A stretch of 64,000 nucleotides of DNA from Caecitellus pseudoparvulus (GCA_965644315.1 CBFFRQ010000051.1:62001-126000), one strand, 5' to 3'; numbered from the stretch's first letter, positions 43,206 through 55,899 are shown. The notes: generated by a model not told the origin, from the sequence alone. Program-made: numbers and translations.

Positions 43206-45602
43206 TCAGCGGTCCTCTGGCACCTCCGCCGCGATGCGTTTCAGCTCCGCACACACCGTGTCAGCTGACGGGCGGCAGGCGGGGTCGGCGTGCCAGCAGC
43301 TCTCCAGCAGCGCCGCGAGGTGGGGCGGCAGGTCGGGCGGGATGTGGGGCCGCGCCCCCTTCACCGTCACCTCCCTCAGCACCACCTGCGTGGGCAGGTC
43401 TGCGAAGGGGCGGGAGGCAGTAGCCACCTCCCACAACACGATGCCCAGGGAGTAGATGTCCACCGCCAAGCCGTACGGCGTGCCCTGCAGCACCTCCGGC
43501 GCCACCCACGCAACGGTGCCGATGTCTTGCTCTGCGTCGGGTGCCAGGGCGGCTGTGGCGGTGCCTGCAGGGGGCAGGGCAGGTGCTCTGCTGCCAGGCC
43601 TGGGCTGCAGCCGCGGGCCAGTCGGCAACGCGGTGGCCTGTCCGAAGTCCGCCAGCAACACGCGGCCGTCCGTCTGCACGAGGAAGTTGGGTGATTTTAT
43701 GTCCCGGTGCACGATGGGGGCGGGTGTGCGGGTGTGGAGGTGCCGCACAGCCCGTGCCGCATCCAGCCCCATGCGCAGGCGGTCACGCAGGGAGGTGGAC
43801 GGGCCCTGGTTGTGCAGGAAGTCCCACAGGCTGCCTTGCTGCGCCACGGCAAACACCATGTCGATGTAGGGGGGCCGCATGCACATGCCGTGGTACTTGA
43901 TGATGCGACTGTGGCGCAGAGCGCTGAGGAGGACGTTCTCGGAATGGTACTTGGCGAAGGTGCTTTCGCCGAAGCTGTCAGGCAGCACACGCTTCACAGC
44001 CACCTCCCGCCCTCGCCAGCGGCCCCGGTACACCCGACTGTTGGCGCCACGCCCCAGCTCCTGCCGCGTCAGCACTGCCAGGTCGTGAGGGGGAATGAGG
44101 AGGTGGGGGGCGACTGCAGCACTGCTCCCGCTCACTTCCGCACCCCCACCCGCGACAGCACCCAGGTGCGGCGACGCCGCCTCACCCGCCGAACTGCCCT
44201 GGGACTCCTGGCGAGGGCGCGGTGCAGCCTGCACCACTGTCTCCTTACCCTGTGCCAACAGCGGCACTGCCAACCCCGCACTGCCATACCCCGCACCTTC
44301 ACCCCGGACACCTGCTGCTGCCGCCGCGTCACGCTGGCCTGCCCCCCCCGCGCCAGTGGACACGGCGGCGGCGTCCACTTTGAGCGTGTCCAAGAAGTGC
44401 AGCGCGTACGAGGCTCGCCTCAGGCGGCGCCGGCCATGCTGCAGCAGCTGGTGTCCACTGCCTGTGCGGCGCAGGTGCTGGCTGCCAGGGGAAGGGGGGG
44501 GTGCCGGGAGGGGCACGCCGCTGCCGCCGCCCACCCCGACCTCGCCACGCATGTCCAGGCTGGTGGAGCGGTGACGGTCCCGGAAGGCAGCCGTGCGGGG
44601 GGGGGGTGCAGCGGGGGAGGGGGGGATGGACCCCCCTAGAGCTGCCGAGGGGAGGGGTGCGCCAATCGCCCAGTCTTCGCCGAGGCCTGCGCCGCGGGCT
44701 GACCGCTCCGTAATACGCAGCACCTGGCGCTGCGTCATGACAGACTTGAGCGTGGCGAGCCAGTGGCGGGAGTCAGACGCGAGGGCGACGTAGAGGACAA
44801 GGGGGGTGCCGCCTGCACGCACGACCTTGAGTATGGCCCCCACCAGTGACTCGGAGATGCCTGCTGCGATGGAGGCAGCTGACAGGCTGCGCCAGAAGAG
44901 GTTGAAGGCGGCATACGTGATGCTGGCAGAGCGAGTGGCGTGGGCGTGTTGGCAGGCGGGGCGCAGGAGCAGGTAGCCGTGCAGAGCACAGGGCAGGAGG
45001 AAGAAGGTGCAGTCCAGGGCAGTGTGCAGGCGCTGGGACCAGTTCATGAGGTCGTAGTTGAAGGCGATGGTGGTCATGACGGCGAGGGCCAGCGCCAGCA
45101 ACGCAGCGTACTTGACGGCTGACCCGATGGCGTGCCCAGACGGAGTGGGGAAGACGAAGAACAACGCGACGCCTTCCACGAGGAACTCGAAGAGAAACCA
45201 GTACAGAAAGTACAGCGCCGAGTTTTGCAGCCAGTGTGACTCGTGCACGAGGAGCTGCGCAGTGATGGCGCCGTCAGTCTCCACTGCCTCTGCCGTCGAG
45301 TCAACAGCGCCCGAGTACCAGCCAGGTGGAGTGGGGAAGGGCCCCGGCACCGCCAGCAGGCACGTGCGGGTGGTGAAGATGGCAAACGCCAGCCACATGA
45401 TGGGCTCGTACAGCGGCAGGATGAGGAGGGCCGTGTTGCGCCGGTGCCGGCCAGGTGCAGCTGTGCCAGTCGGGCGAGCTGCGTTGGCCAGGGCGCTCTG
45501 TCGGACACGGAGGGCGAGGAGGAGGGAGATGCAGCTGGACATGATGCCTATGGACACTTCCAGGAGGAAGGACAGGTCAAAGTCCAGGCTCATGTCAATC
45601 AT
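43206..45602 (-). CDS. Seven-transmembrane domain fused to a tyrosine-kinase-like (TKL) kinase
   Basis: About 7 hydrophobic segments ending LYVALASDSRHW; kinase motifs LGRGANSRV, VAVK, IVHRDIKSPNFLV, DFG, GTVAWVAPE, DIYSLGIVLWE, CWHADPACRPS. Single ORF. Confidence 0.88.
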   Translation of the reverse strand: MIDMSLDFDLSFLLEVSIGIMSSCISLLLALRVRQSALANAARPTGTAAPGRHRRNTALLILPLYEPIMWLAFAIFTTRTCLLAVPGPFPTPPGWYSGAVDSTAEAVETDGAITAQLLVHESHWLQNSALYFLYWFLFEFLVEGVALFFVFPTPSGHAIGSAVKYAALLALALAVMTTIAFNYDLMNWSQRLHTALDCTFFLLPCALHGYLLLRPACQHAHATRSASITYAAFNLFWRSLSAASIAAGISESLVGAILKVVRAGGTPLVLYVALASDSRHWLATLKSVMTQRQVLRITERSARGAGLGEDWAIGAPLPSAALGGSIPPSPAAPPPRTAAFRDRHRSTSLDMRGEVGVGGGSGVPLPAPPPSPGSQHLRRTGSGHQLLQHGRRRLRRASYALHFLDTLKVDAAAVSTGAGGAGQRDAAAAAGVRGEGAGYGSAGLAVPLLAQGKETVVQAAPRPRQESQGSSAGEAASPHLGAVAGGGAEVSGSSAAVAPHLLIPPHDLAVLTRQELGRGANSRVYRGRWRGREVAVKRVLPDSFGESTFAKYHSENVLLSALRHSRIIKYHGMCMRPPYIDMVFAVAQQGSLWDFLHNQGPSTSLRDRLRMGLDAARAVRHLHTRTPAPIVHRDIKSPNFLVQTDGRVLLADFGQATALPTGPRLQPRPGSRAPALPPAGTATAALAPDAEQDIGTVAWVAPEVLQGTPYGLAVDIYSLGIVLWEVATASRPFADLPTQVVLREVTVKGARPHIPPDLPPHLAALLESCWHADPACRPSADTVCAELKRIAAEVPEDR

Positions 45603-46462
45603 GGCGGGCACGGGCGGGGTGTGTGTGCCGGGTGTGGCATCGAATTCCGCTCGCAACGCCAGCGCACGAGTCCGGGAGCAGTGCCCCCGCGCCCCCGCGA
45701 GACGGCGCCTGGGTTGGCGGCAACGTACTGTGCCTGTTGTGGTTTGGCCGCCTCAGTTGAACTGCGGGGGCGGTGCGGCCATGGCAAGCGGTCAAGTGCC
45801 GTGGTGAAGTGCGCCAGGGTGATGTAGGGGCACTGCACTTCATTTGCCACCCCCATCCGCGGAGGCCGCTGACTGACGCGTTGTCGCACAGCCCGCGCTG
45901 CACGGCCAGCAGGGGGCATGCTTGCACCCTACCCAGCGCTGCCACGAGACCAACATCCGCAGCTGCGCCGCCTGCGTGCCCCGCGCCGCCTTCTTCCATC
46001 GGGCGCCGTGCAAGGGGCAGCCTTGCAGCTCCAAGCCCCGCTGTCGCACGGTACAGCACGTGCTGGTGTGGCCCGTCTCACCAAGCCACCGGCAGGGTGG
46101 CGAGGCTGTCTCGTGCTACAGCTGTTCTGGGTCCTTGGAAGCACCTCGCGCCTCGCGACCCGCGGAAGAACCCGCCAGGCTGCCGCACAGCGGGCAGTCT
46201 GGAGCGTCTGTCTGCTGCACTGCACCATCCCCCCGACACCTCCGAAGCAGCCACCAGCCCTGCAAAAAGCGCCCCACAGCACAAACCAAAACGTGCCCTT
46301 TTCCTGCTCCGGGACTGTCTCTGTGCAATGCGCCACCCCACTCCGCCCTCCTCTCTCGCGTAGCGCTGCCAGAGCAGGCGGCGGCAGCGCGTTGGCAGCT
46401 GATCACGCTTGGCCTTCCGCCAGCAGCGCGTGGCGGCAGGACACCCTGAGCCAGGCGCAAGC

Positions 46463-48221
46463 ATGGCCAGCACAGCACAGCCCGCATACAACGGGCCTGC
46501 CCACGAACACTCCCAGCCCACCAATGCCTTGAACAGCTTCCTGTCCATGCTGCGCCGGTGTGACACGTCTTGGCACGTGCTGCCCTGTGCACGGGGCGAG
46601 GCGGCGGCGGTGTCCATGCCAGTGCTCGTTGCGACTGCGCGCAACGCAGAAGTTGCGCGGGAACTGTCCAGGTGTTGCTCCACCCAATCCTTTGCGTCTG
46701 TGAAGAACGCCTGCACGCGCCTGCTGAGGCACGCTCGCACTCGGCTGCCGAAGGCGCTCTCACCTCGACGACTTTCAGGGGACAAAGACCAAGGGTGAGC
46801 GTGCCGGGAGTCGTGTGCTGCCTGGCGTCAGCCCTGCAGCCATGCTGAACCTGTCTCGTGCACGGCCCACACGCGCCGCTCGCGCGCTGGCGCAGGATGA
46901 AAATGCTGCTGAAAGTGCGCCTGATTGGCCCGGCAGGCGGCGCCCCGCGTTACGAGCGCGCCAACCCCAGCGGCGTGCAGGACAGCGGCGTCCTGCCAGC
47001 CATCGTCTTGCCCATGTTCGGTGCGTTGCCGCGTGCTGACGGGGCGAGGCCGCCGCCCAGCCCCGGCAGGGCCCGGGAGACGCCCCGGGGTGCCTGGGCG
47101 TTTCTTGGACACCCCCTGCCGAGGCCTCTGTCCAAGGCGGCACTTCACTGCTGCCCGCCCCGCCGCGCAGGCATGCCCTTCTGCGCCTTGCAGCGCAACA
47201 AGCACACGCGGCGGAAAGACGCCGCACTGAGGCAGGACGAGGAGATCTTCGCCCTCGTGCGCTGGCTGCGTGGCTTGCTGGAGCTCTCCGTTGCCGAGCT
47301 TCCGACGGTGGTGGGCGGGCACGAGGCTCCCTGGTGCCAACGCACGCTCGCCTGCCTCGCCAGCATGCGAGCCTCGGTTGGTAAGGCCAGGGACTGCGTG
47401 TCGGGGCATGAAGACCTCTTCCTCATGTCCGAGCTGTGGCTACAGAACCTCGTCGGTGCGTGCGCAGCCCTGCCCGGAACCGCTCCCGCAACGCTGCCAG
47501 CGGCCACCAAAACAGAAGCTGCTGCTCCGAAAGCCTGCCCCGGTCACCCCCCGCGCGTCTGTCCTGTGCAGACCACGGCTTCCTCCTGCAACACGCGGAT
47601 GACGCCCTGACCGCCCGCCAACCAGCCCTGCCGCAGCAAAGCAGCCTGCAAATGCTCGCTGCTCAAACGCTGCAGCAGCAGCGGCAGCAAGTCACGGCTT
47701 ACCACCCAGGCATGCACCCTGGACAAGCCATGCCGCTGCCCTACCACGGACTGGGCATGCCTGCCGCGCCCTGGCGCCAGACTGCCTTCAACCCGACAGC
47801 CATGTACCCTGCACAGGCCCCGCATGGGCAGGCAGCGCCCGTGGCTAGTCACCCGCCAACCCATGCCGCCGGCGCACCTGGGCAGGTCAGCGCCTGGCAA
47901 CCCCCCCCACTCGCCGCGCCGCGCCCCTTCACGGCCACCGGCAGCAGCTTGCACGACACGGAGATTTCTGACCTAGTCACCACCTGGCATGGCCCTGCCG
48001 GCTCCGCTGCCTCCAATGCGCTGTCCAAGGCGCTGGCATGTGTCGCCCCGCCAGCGGCGCCGTCGTCGGCAAGCACCTCCGGCACAGAGCTCAAACAGGC
48101 CCCCCTGGGCAAGGTGCCGCCCATCGCCGCCTTTGAGGGTGCTCCTGGCGGTGCTACTGCGGGTAGCAAGGTGGTCACGCCCCCCATCGGCGCGCAGGCG
48201 GTGACCTTCTTCGGCGAGTGA
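46463..48221 (+). CDS. Uncharacterised multi-exon protein with Gln/Pro-rich C-terminus
   Basis: Successive + strand ORFs (46409-46798, 46858-47610, 47436-48221) bounded by GT..AG sites; no domain recognised. Confidence 0.4.
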
Positions 48222-48802
48222 ACCGCCTTACACCCAACCGCGGCACCTGCCGCGCCGGCACATGCCGCCCAACCCTGCCGCCTTCCCCGGCCACCGCCAC
48301 TCCCTGGCGCACACTTGTGCTTAATTCTCGTGTATTTCAATCACTAGCACACCTCAATGCATCACTTTGGGGCAGAGGCGCCCTTCCAAAGCTCCGCGCA
48401 AAGCTTGCGGATAAATTCGACTCTGCGTCTCAGCCACGCGCTCGCAGTGGGGCGACAGCGTGCTGTGACGAAGAAGACACTACGCCAAGCACCTGACGTG
48501 GCACTCGTTGCCCTGGCCGTGCCGCGAACAGGGGGCGAGCCTGCCATTGCAGAGGGCGGCTGGAAGAGCGAAACGCGCCAAGGGCACGCCCAAGGCCCAC
48601 CACACAAACACGGCACAGACACATGCAACCGCTTCGCAGCCACTGACCAGCACATGAAGCACCCCCCATGCCCCCCTCTCACGCCCTGCTCGTGCGGAGT
48701 GGAGACGCAGCAGCTTGCCCCCGGACCTGAACGCCTGAACGCAGCTGACAGTGGGACCCGCCCGGCAAGTCCGCACAGAGTCCGCACGCAGACCTGGCGA
48801 CA

Positions 48803-49522
48803 CTAGAAGCAGCAGTCGCAGTCAAAGGGGCAGAGGTCTGTGCCGCCGCCCTTGCCCACTTTGAGGGCGTCCAGGGAGTAAATGTTCATGCCCAACTCCG
48901 CGTCGAAACGCAGGGGTGTGGGGGAGTCATCCCCCCGCAGACGGTTGGCAGCCGCGCCCGCCTCAGACAGGCGCTTCACACGCGCTGCAATGGCTGCTGC
49001 CTCGGCCTCGGCGGCCACGGCGGCTGCTTCGGCGGCTGCCTCGGCCTCCGCACGCTTGGATTTGGCTGAGGCAAACATCTCGTTGATGTCCAGGCCGCCG
49101 CCCTTGCCGCTGCCCTTACGCTTAGCCTTGCCCCCGCTCGGCGCAGACTTTTCTGCGGACGTGGGAGGGGCGGCGCGTGCAGCGGCATGGCCCCGTGCAC
49201 AGGGACTGGCTCCCGGCAGCTCGGGGGAAGAGTGTGTCAATTTCCGCAGGCACGCACCCTCGCGTCGCCGCTTGGTGCCCCTGTCACTTGGGGACTGTGC
49301 AGACTTGGACGCCTTCTTCGCCTTCTTCTTCTTTGCCTTCTTGTCCTTCACTCTGCGGGCCTGAGCCTCCCCAGCGTCGGCCATGGCCTTCTTGACGGTC
49401 GCCGCCTGGAACGAGCCAGCTGTGTCGCCCAGCAGTGCGCACTGCAGCAACTCGACTTCTGCGGCACAATTCAAAGCAGCAGCAGCGCGACTCGCTCGGC
49501 ACGACATCGCAGGGAGCGGCAT
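48803..49522 (-). CDS. DUF1764-family protein
   Basis: Lys-rich body, DINEMFA, and C-terminal IYSLDALKVGKGGGTDLCPFDCDCCF typical of DUF1764. Start and introns uncertain. Confidence 0.8.
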   Translation of the reverse strand: MPLPAMSCRASRAAAALNCAAEVELLQCALLGDTAGSFQAATVKKAMADAGEAQARRVKDKKAKKKKAKKASKSAQSPSDRGTKRRREGACLRKLTHSSPELPGASPCARGHAAARAAPPTSAEKSAPSGGKAKRKGSGKGGGLDINEMFASAKSKRAEAEAAAEAAAVAAEAEAAAIAARVKRLSEAGAAANRLRGDDSPTPLRFDAELGMNIYSLDALKVGKGGGTDLCPFDCDCCF

Positions 49523-49575
49523 TGCAAAGTGCTGCGCCAGCGCAAGTGTGTCGTCGGCTGGCTGAGCCTGCTCTC

Positions 49576-51997
49576 ATGGCAACGGTAGGCGGCGTGAAGC
49601 GGCCGCCGCCCCCCTCTGCCGCTGACGGGGAAGAGGAGGGTGCCGGCGCTGCAGAGGGCAAACACGTGCTGGAATCTTCCAGTGATGAGGACAGCGACGC
49701 GGGGGTGCAGCCGCCTCCCAAGCGCAGTCGAGGAGAGGGCGACGTGCGTGCTGCCTGCGGAAACTGGCGCTGCCGAGGCCCACACGCCGCCACGCCTCAC
49801 CTCGCCACAGGACGCGGGCGCCAGTGACAGCAGCGAAGCGGAGGAGGATGATGACGACGACGTCTTTGGCAGCGAGGACGAAGAGCTGTTCGACGATGAC
49901 GAGGAGGAGGAGGAGGAGGGTGGGGGGGGTGGTGCTGCCACCTCTGGCGTCGGCGGCACAGCGTTGGACGGCGGCGAGGACAGTGACTCGGACGACTCGC
50001 TGGCGTCAGTGGCCAGCTTCAAGGACGGCTTCGACTCTGACTTCGTGGGGGGTGCGGAGGACCGGGCCAAGCTGGACGCCATGCCGACCTTCATGCGTGC
50101 TGCGGAAATTGAGGACCGGCGAGTGGCACGCGCACAAGGCCAGGCGCTGGTGGCTGCCCGGCGCGCGACCGTGACCCAGAAGCGGCGCGCACGGGGCCTG
50201 GCTGTCGGGGGCGACAGCAGCGGCGAGGAGGACGTCGTGGGCAGGCTGTCGCGGCGCCGGAGCAGTGCCGCGCGTCATGCAGCCGCTGCTGCCGCGGAGA
50301 GCTCTGGCTCGGAGGAGGAGGGTGAGTGGACGGCCCAGTCCAAGAAGAAGATCCGGTCCCGGCAGAACGCCGTGAAGCGGCGCAAACACAAGTTCAAGCA
50401 GCTGACAGAGGACTGGATGGAGGAGGGTGAGGAGGGTGAGGAGGAGGGGGGTGAAGGGGGGGCTTACCACAGCGCAGGCGGCGTGGACTCCGCTGAGGAG
50501 GAAGCCATTCGGCAGGAGCTGCGCGCGACGGCACATGAGGATCTCTCGGATGACGAGCAGCAGCGGCGGCGTGGTGAGGCGGCGCGGGCGCGGGAACCGC
50601 TGCACGAAGGCGTGTTGGTGGCGCACGGTCTGCTGCGCCGTGCGTGGGTGGTGGAGCACTGCCAGTGGGACTTCTTCAAAACCGTCACGCCAGGCATGTT
50701 TGTGCGTGTGCGGGACCCCAAGGCCAGCTCCAGCTCGGGGTATGTCCTGGGCATTGTGCAGCGCGTGGTGGCGGGGCAGCGGGAGTACACTGTGAAGGAT
50801 GCAGCTGGGCGGGCGTTTCAAATGCGGCGGCGGTTTGAAGTGGTCGTGCCAGAGGTGGGCCTCAGCCCCCGCCTGGTGAAGCTAGACACCATTTCCAACA
50901 TGGACTTGCCTCCGAAATACGCCGGTGCCCCGGCACTGCAGCGGAATCAGGCCAGAGCACGCATGGTGCGCAGCGAGCTGAAAGCACTGCACGCGGCGGC
51001 AGAAGCGGCTGGACTGCCAATTCCCACTGCCTCGGAAGTCAGAGCGCGCCGAGAGGCCCTGGTCCAGGCGCAGAAGAGCCACTCTGCCAGTGCTGAGGAG
51101 GTGCAGCGCAGCGCACGGGCCGCACGCTTGGGTGCGGATTTGGCCACCGTGGAGAACTTGACAGACCTGCGGCAACACCTGCAAAACGACGCAGCCAAGC
51201 TGAGGGAAGTGCTGCAACGGGACCACGGCCTGACGTTCCCGCCCGGCACCATCATGCCGCTGCCTGCAGCACACCCCCTGCGTTCCGCCCGCACGCCAGA
51301 AGCACGCACTGCACTTCAGCTGCACGGCGAGCTCAGTCGGGTGGAGGGCAAGCTGGCCGCCGCAAACAGGGAGAAGGAACAACGCAAAGCGGTGGACCAG
51401 GCCGCTCGCAGCCACCACGCGCGCATTGCGCGGGCCAAGCAGCGGGAAATCCGTGAAGCGCAAGCTGCGTACAACAAGCAGCAGGCCCGCCTGAAACGCA
51501 GCAAGGAGTACCGGGAAGCCAGGGCGAAAGACCCCACAGTGCGGGTGGACACCGACCCAACACAGCTGTGGGACACGCGTGACAGCTCTGTCATGAAGGC
51601 TGAGCTGCAGCAGGCCAAAATCGCCGCTGCAGCGCCCAGCGGCGAAAAAACCGCCGACACGCCAGTTGCCGCAGCGTCGCCTGCCGCGGCGTCGGGCGAC
51701 GCTCTGGGCCTCACAGACACAGGCGCCTCAGGCAGCGCAACGAAGGCATCTTTTGCCCACGCAGCATCCACGGCCAGCCGTGTCCTGGCTCAAGGCGCCA
51801 CGGCACGCACCGTGCCAGCGGCGCCTGCCACTGCAGCTGGCGCTTCCGCCCTGCAGACCCTGCTGGCCAAGCTGCCCGAGGCTGGTGTGCCGGCGGCAGC
51901 GGCAGCACCTGCCCAGACGCCAGCCTCGGGCAAGCCGCGCCTGAGCTTTGCCCAGTTCAAGGCGCGTCACAGCAAGGCAGCGGCCAACGCATCGTGA
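49576..51997 (+). CDS. RTF1: RTF1-like PAF1-complex protein (Plus3 domain)
   Basis: DGFDSDFVGGAEDRAKLDAM (HMD-like) and Plus3 LRRAWVVEHCQWDFFKTVTPGMFVRV...YVLGIV, then coiled coil. ATG 49576 with intron about 49744-49810. Confidence 0.75.
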
Positions 51998-52101
51998 CCC
52001 GCGCAATACAACTTCAGCCACACTGAACGCCGCCCACGGCCGGAGGAAGGTGCCTTGCGTTGGTTACCGGGTTTCGTTGTCTGCCTTGATCCACGCCCGC
52101 C

Positions 52102-54497
52102 ATGCCAACAGTCGTCTTCGTCAATGGCGGCAAGCGCAGTGCCGTCACCGTCACGCCCATGCAGACGCTGGTGGGTCAACTGCCACTCCCAGCGCACGGC
52201 TGCCGCACAGCGTGACAGGCACCTTATCTAACGTGTTTTCCCTGCACAGCGCCAAGCCCTGGATGCGTTCTGTGAAGCCAAAGGGCTGGAGGTGCGTGGC
52301 CAAGTGGCATCGCCCAAAACGAAACGCCCGCCTAACGCCGCCTCCCCGCCACCGCCTGCAGCCCTCAGACTTCACCCTCGTCGATGGCGGCAAAGCTGTT
52401 GACATGCATAGTCCATATAGATTCCTTGGTTTGCATCGGAATGCCACGCTGACTCTCAAGGGCCCGTCAGGTGCGCCTCGTCCACGCCTCACCCCGCCCA
52501 GGCATGCTCACACGCCGGTCGCCCAACACAGGTGCCACGCGTACACCCCGCGCCACCACGGCCCACGCCTCTGCTGCTCCTGCTGTGGGCTCTGGCGCTG
52601 GCGTCGCCCCTGCACTCGAGACTCCAGTGCGCGTGGCGGTGCAAGGCCCAGCAGGCCGCAGCACACTGAGCGTGCCCCCCTCCACCACCCTCGCTGACGT
52701 CTTGCGGCGCGCACTGCCAGACGCCGCCCTGGCTGGCATGACCATCACACTCATGCGCAGAGCGCTGCAGCACAGCGACCTGGACAAGACCATGCTCGGT
52801 GCGTGGCGTGCGGAGAGTCCACAGCCCAAAGGCAACGCACGCACAAACCCCACCCTGCCCCGCCACACGCAGAGCTGGGCGTCGGCTCAGGCGGTGCGCT
52901 GTTCCGAGTCACCACTTCAGCACCTGCGAGTCAGGCTCCCGCCGCATCCCCGCCCCAGCCCGCTCCCGCCACCACCACCCCGCCCACCACGGAAGGAGGT
53001 GCCAGCGAAAGCAAAGGCATCACGCAGGCCGCCCAGAGCCACCCGACACCCCCCCTGGCCCCCTCTGCAGCAGAGGCTGTGGCCAGGGCAGCTGTTGAGG
53101 CCCTGCGCAGCGCCGCCTTTGACGAGGACAGCCTGGCAACCCTCTCACTCGTGCTGCGCCTGTTGGACAATGTGCTGAAGGCGCCAGGCAGAGCCGAGCG
53201 CAGGGCAGTGCGCCTGGCCAACCCGAAAATCGCAAATTGCATTGGAAAGTGGCCGCCGGCCGTCGCGTTGCTGCTTGCGGCGGGTTTCCTGCCCACGCGG
53301 GATGCGCCAGACTGCTCGGATGTGCTCGTGCGCACTGCCCCTGCCGAAACTCACGCAGTCCTGGCCCCCACTGTTCTGGCCACTGCTGCACGCTTGGAGC
53401 AGGCGGGAGACCCTCCACGCCTTGCCCTCCTTCCGTGGGCAGAGGACTCCGACGCTGTCGTGGCTGTGCGCTCCGTGGTGGCGCAAGAAATCTCCACCAT
53501 GACCGGAACGCCTGCGCCGCCCCTCCCAGATGTGCGCGCAGCGGCAGCAGCCGCCGCACAGGCGCAGCAAGCAGCCTCCACCTTTGACATTTACTCGTCT
53601 TCGTCATTTTCCACGGCGCCGCAAGCTGCCAGCGTGCGCGCTGCCGCAGCAGGGCCCAGCCTCATGGAGCAGCGCCTGGCGAAACTGCAAGCGGCCGAGG
53701 CGGCAGCACGCGCTGCGCTGCCCTTCTCTGCCGCATCCCCGCCACCCCGTGACACACAAGCCATTCTCCCCTCCACTTTGCCTGGGTACAACCCTGGCAA
53801 GTTCCTCCCAGCGGACAAGCCAACGGGCATTCCCGTCGTCCCACCCACGCCCGGGCGGCAAGCGAAATCCGGCGTGTCAGACGGCGCGGCGGTGCTGGCC
53901 ATCGCCAAAGCAAGAGCAGATGCAGCTGAAAAGGCCTCCCGCTTCAGCTCGCAGGCAGAGCGAGACGTGCAGGCCCTCCAGCGCAAAGTGCTGTACCCGA
54001 AAACCCTCCTGCGCGTGCAGCTGCCAGATCGCACCGTGTTGCAAGGCTGCTTTGCGCCAGATGAGCCCATCGCAGCGGTACTTGCCTGGCTGGGCGACTG
54101 CATGCAGGATGGCGTAGTGGACAAGGCGGGCATGGCAGTGTACATCTCGCCTCCCCGCCGCACCCTGCCTTCTACAGGCACCTTGGAGGCGGAAGGCCTC
54201 GTGCCCAGTGCGCTGCTGTACGCGAGCATACCGCCGCCACACACACCCTTTCGCGCTGAAGATGTGCTGCTGCCGTCTCTTCTCGGCAGTAGCCAGGCCA
54301 CCCACACCCAAGTGCGGCAGGCTCTGGAGCAACACCGCCACGCGGCCGCCAACCAGGCACAGACAGCGCAGGAAACCGCGCCAACGCCACAGCCTCCCCC
54401 ACAATCGTCAGAGACCGCGAAATCGGCGCGTGAACTGCGCGAGGCCCGCCTGGAAGCCATGGCCCAGCGCATGCTGGGCGGCCGGCGGAAACTGTGA
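52102..54497 (+). CDS. TUG/ASPSCR1-like p97 adaptor: UBL1-UBL2-PUB-UBX
   Basis: UBL1 NGGKRSAVTVTPMQTL...VDMHSPYRFLGLHRNATLTL; second UBL; PUB LRLLDNVLKAPG...RAVRLANPKI...LLLAAGF; UBX YPKTLLRVQLPDRTVLQGCFAPDEPI. Confidence 0.75.
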
Positions 54498-54658
54498 GCA
54501 GCCACTTGCAACACTGGCCACAACACTGCAACGGCCCGTTTGAACTTGCCAGAGTTGCGAATGCATTCACGGGTTGTGTTTTGAGCTACAAGTATGCATT
54601 TGTGTCGTGTTCCATGTAGTGCTGCAGGGTTTGGGCGATCTTCCAGCTTGACTCCGCA

Positions 54659-55423
54659 TCACCGGCGAAGTCGACTCCACTTGTCGTCCTCCTCCGCTTT
54701 CGCCCCTGCTTCCTTCTTCAACGCATGCTGCGCCTGCCTGGAACCAAACTTGACAGCCCTCTCCAGCAGCTCGCGCGCCTTGTCAGCGTTGCGCTGCACG
54801 CCGAAACCTCGCTTGTAGAACTGTGCAAGCTTGAACGCAGCTGTTCCATTCTCCCCGTCCACGGCCATACGAATTAACTCGACTGCCTTCTGTGGGTCCC
54901 GCTTAACCCCCTTGCCTTCCGCATACAAACTTCCCAACATGTGCAAGGCAAAGTTATCTTTTCCTGCCGCGGCCTCCTGGTAAAGTCGCGCAGCCTCAGC
55001 ATAATCCTGATCCACACCCCTACCCATGGCGTACATCTGCCCCAAACTAGCAATGCCCCTGACGCAGCCTGCAGCAGCTGAGGCTTGATACAACCTCACT
55101 GCCTCGGTGTCATCACGGGGTATCTGCCTGCCCGTTTGGTACCGCCTGCCGAGCTTGCACTGACCGTCCGGGTTGCCTTGCGCCGCCGATGCACGGTACC
55201 ACCTCAACGCTTCCTCCTGATCCTCACCCACACCTTCCCCGTCACTGTACATCTTGCCAACACGCCACTGTGCCTCCGCATCGCCCGCCTCGGCGCCTGC
55301 CAAACACTCCTCAAACGACTTGCCCTCCCACACCGTCCCACCTCCCTCACCACCTGCCACCTCACCAGCTTGCGGTGCTGCTGCACCTTGAGGAACTGCC
55401 GTCCCGCCTTCTTCGGCTGCCAT
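54659..55423 (-). CDS. Sel1-like repeat protein, copy A (5 repeats)
   Basis: 36-aa Sel1 repeats (LGxMYxxGxGVxxDxxxAxxWYxxxAxxG); ATG follows the acceptor gcgcag|gttgcg. Confidence 0.88.
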   Translation of the reverse strand: MAAEEGGTAVPQGAAAPQAGEVAGGEGGGTVWEGKSFEECLAGAEAGDAEAQWRVGKMYSDGEGVGEDQEEALRWYRASAAQGNPDGQCKLGRRYQTGRQIPRDDTEAVRLYQASAAAGCVRGIASLGQMYAMGRGVDQDYAEAARLYQEAAAGKDNFALHMLGSLYAEGKGVKRDPQKAVELIRMAVDGENGTAAFKLAQFYKRGFGVQRNADKARELLERAVKFGSRQAQHALKKEAGAKAEEDDKWSRLRR

Positions 55424-55899
55424 CGCAACCTGCGCAACACAAGCACCCACAACGTGCAAAGTAATGCACAGCACATCTCTGCTCTCCTTGTCCACACACT
55501 CGCTCCCCTGCCAACACGCGGTGAGTCGATCACCCGTGCACACAAGCGCAAGTGCTTGCGCAACCACACTCCCTACACCACGCCTACGACGCGCACACCT
55601 CCCCTTACGACACACACAGCAATGCACGCCATCACCCTCACACTACATACACAGCACGCCAGCTGCTGCCACGTCGCCTCGCGCTCACCCCCACTCACCT
55701 GGGTATGCTCGCTCTGCTTGGCTGCTGGCCACTTCGCTCGTGGCGGGTGAGCCAATGCTGCTGATGCTGGTTGCGTGACTGTTGCAAGGACGGTGAATTT
55801 GGCTGTGTTTGTGATATGGTTTGAGGCGCAGAGTATAACGTGCCCGGGTGTTGGAGGATCTGGCAAGGCCACCCTCACCTCCTTCGACAGAGGATCAAC

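Noticed and set aside
54659-54680. SRL in the Sel1 C-terminal KWSRLRR as a peroxisomal PTS1
   Set aside because: SRL is not terminal; two Arg residues follow.
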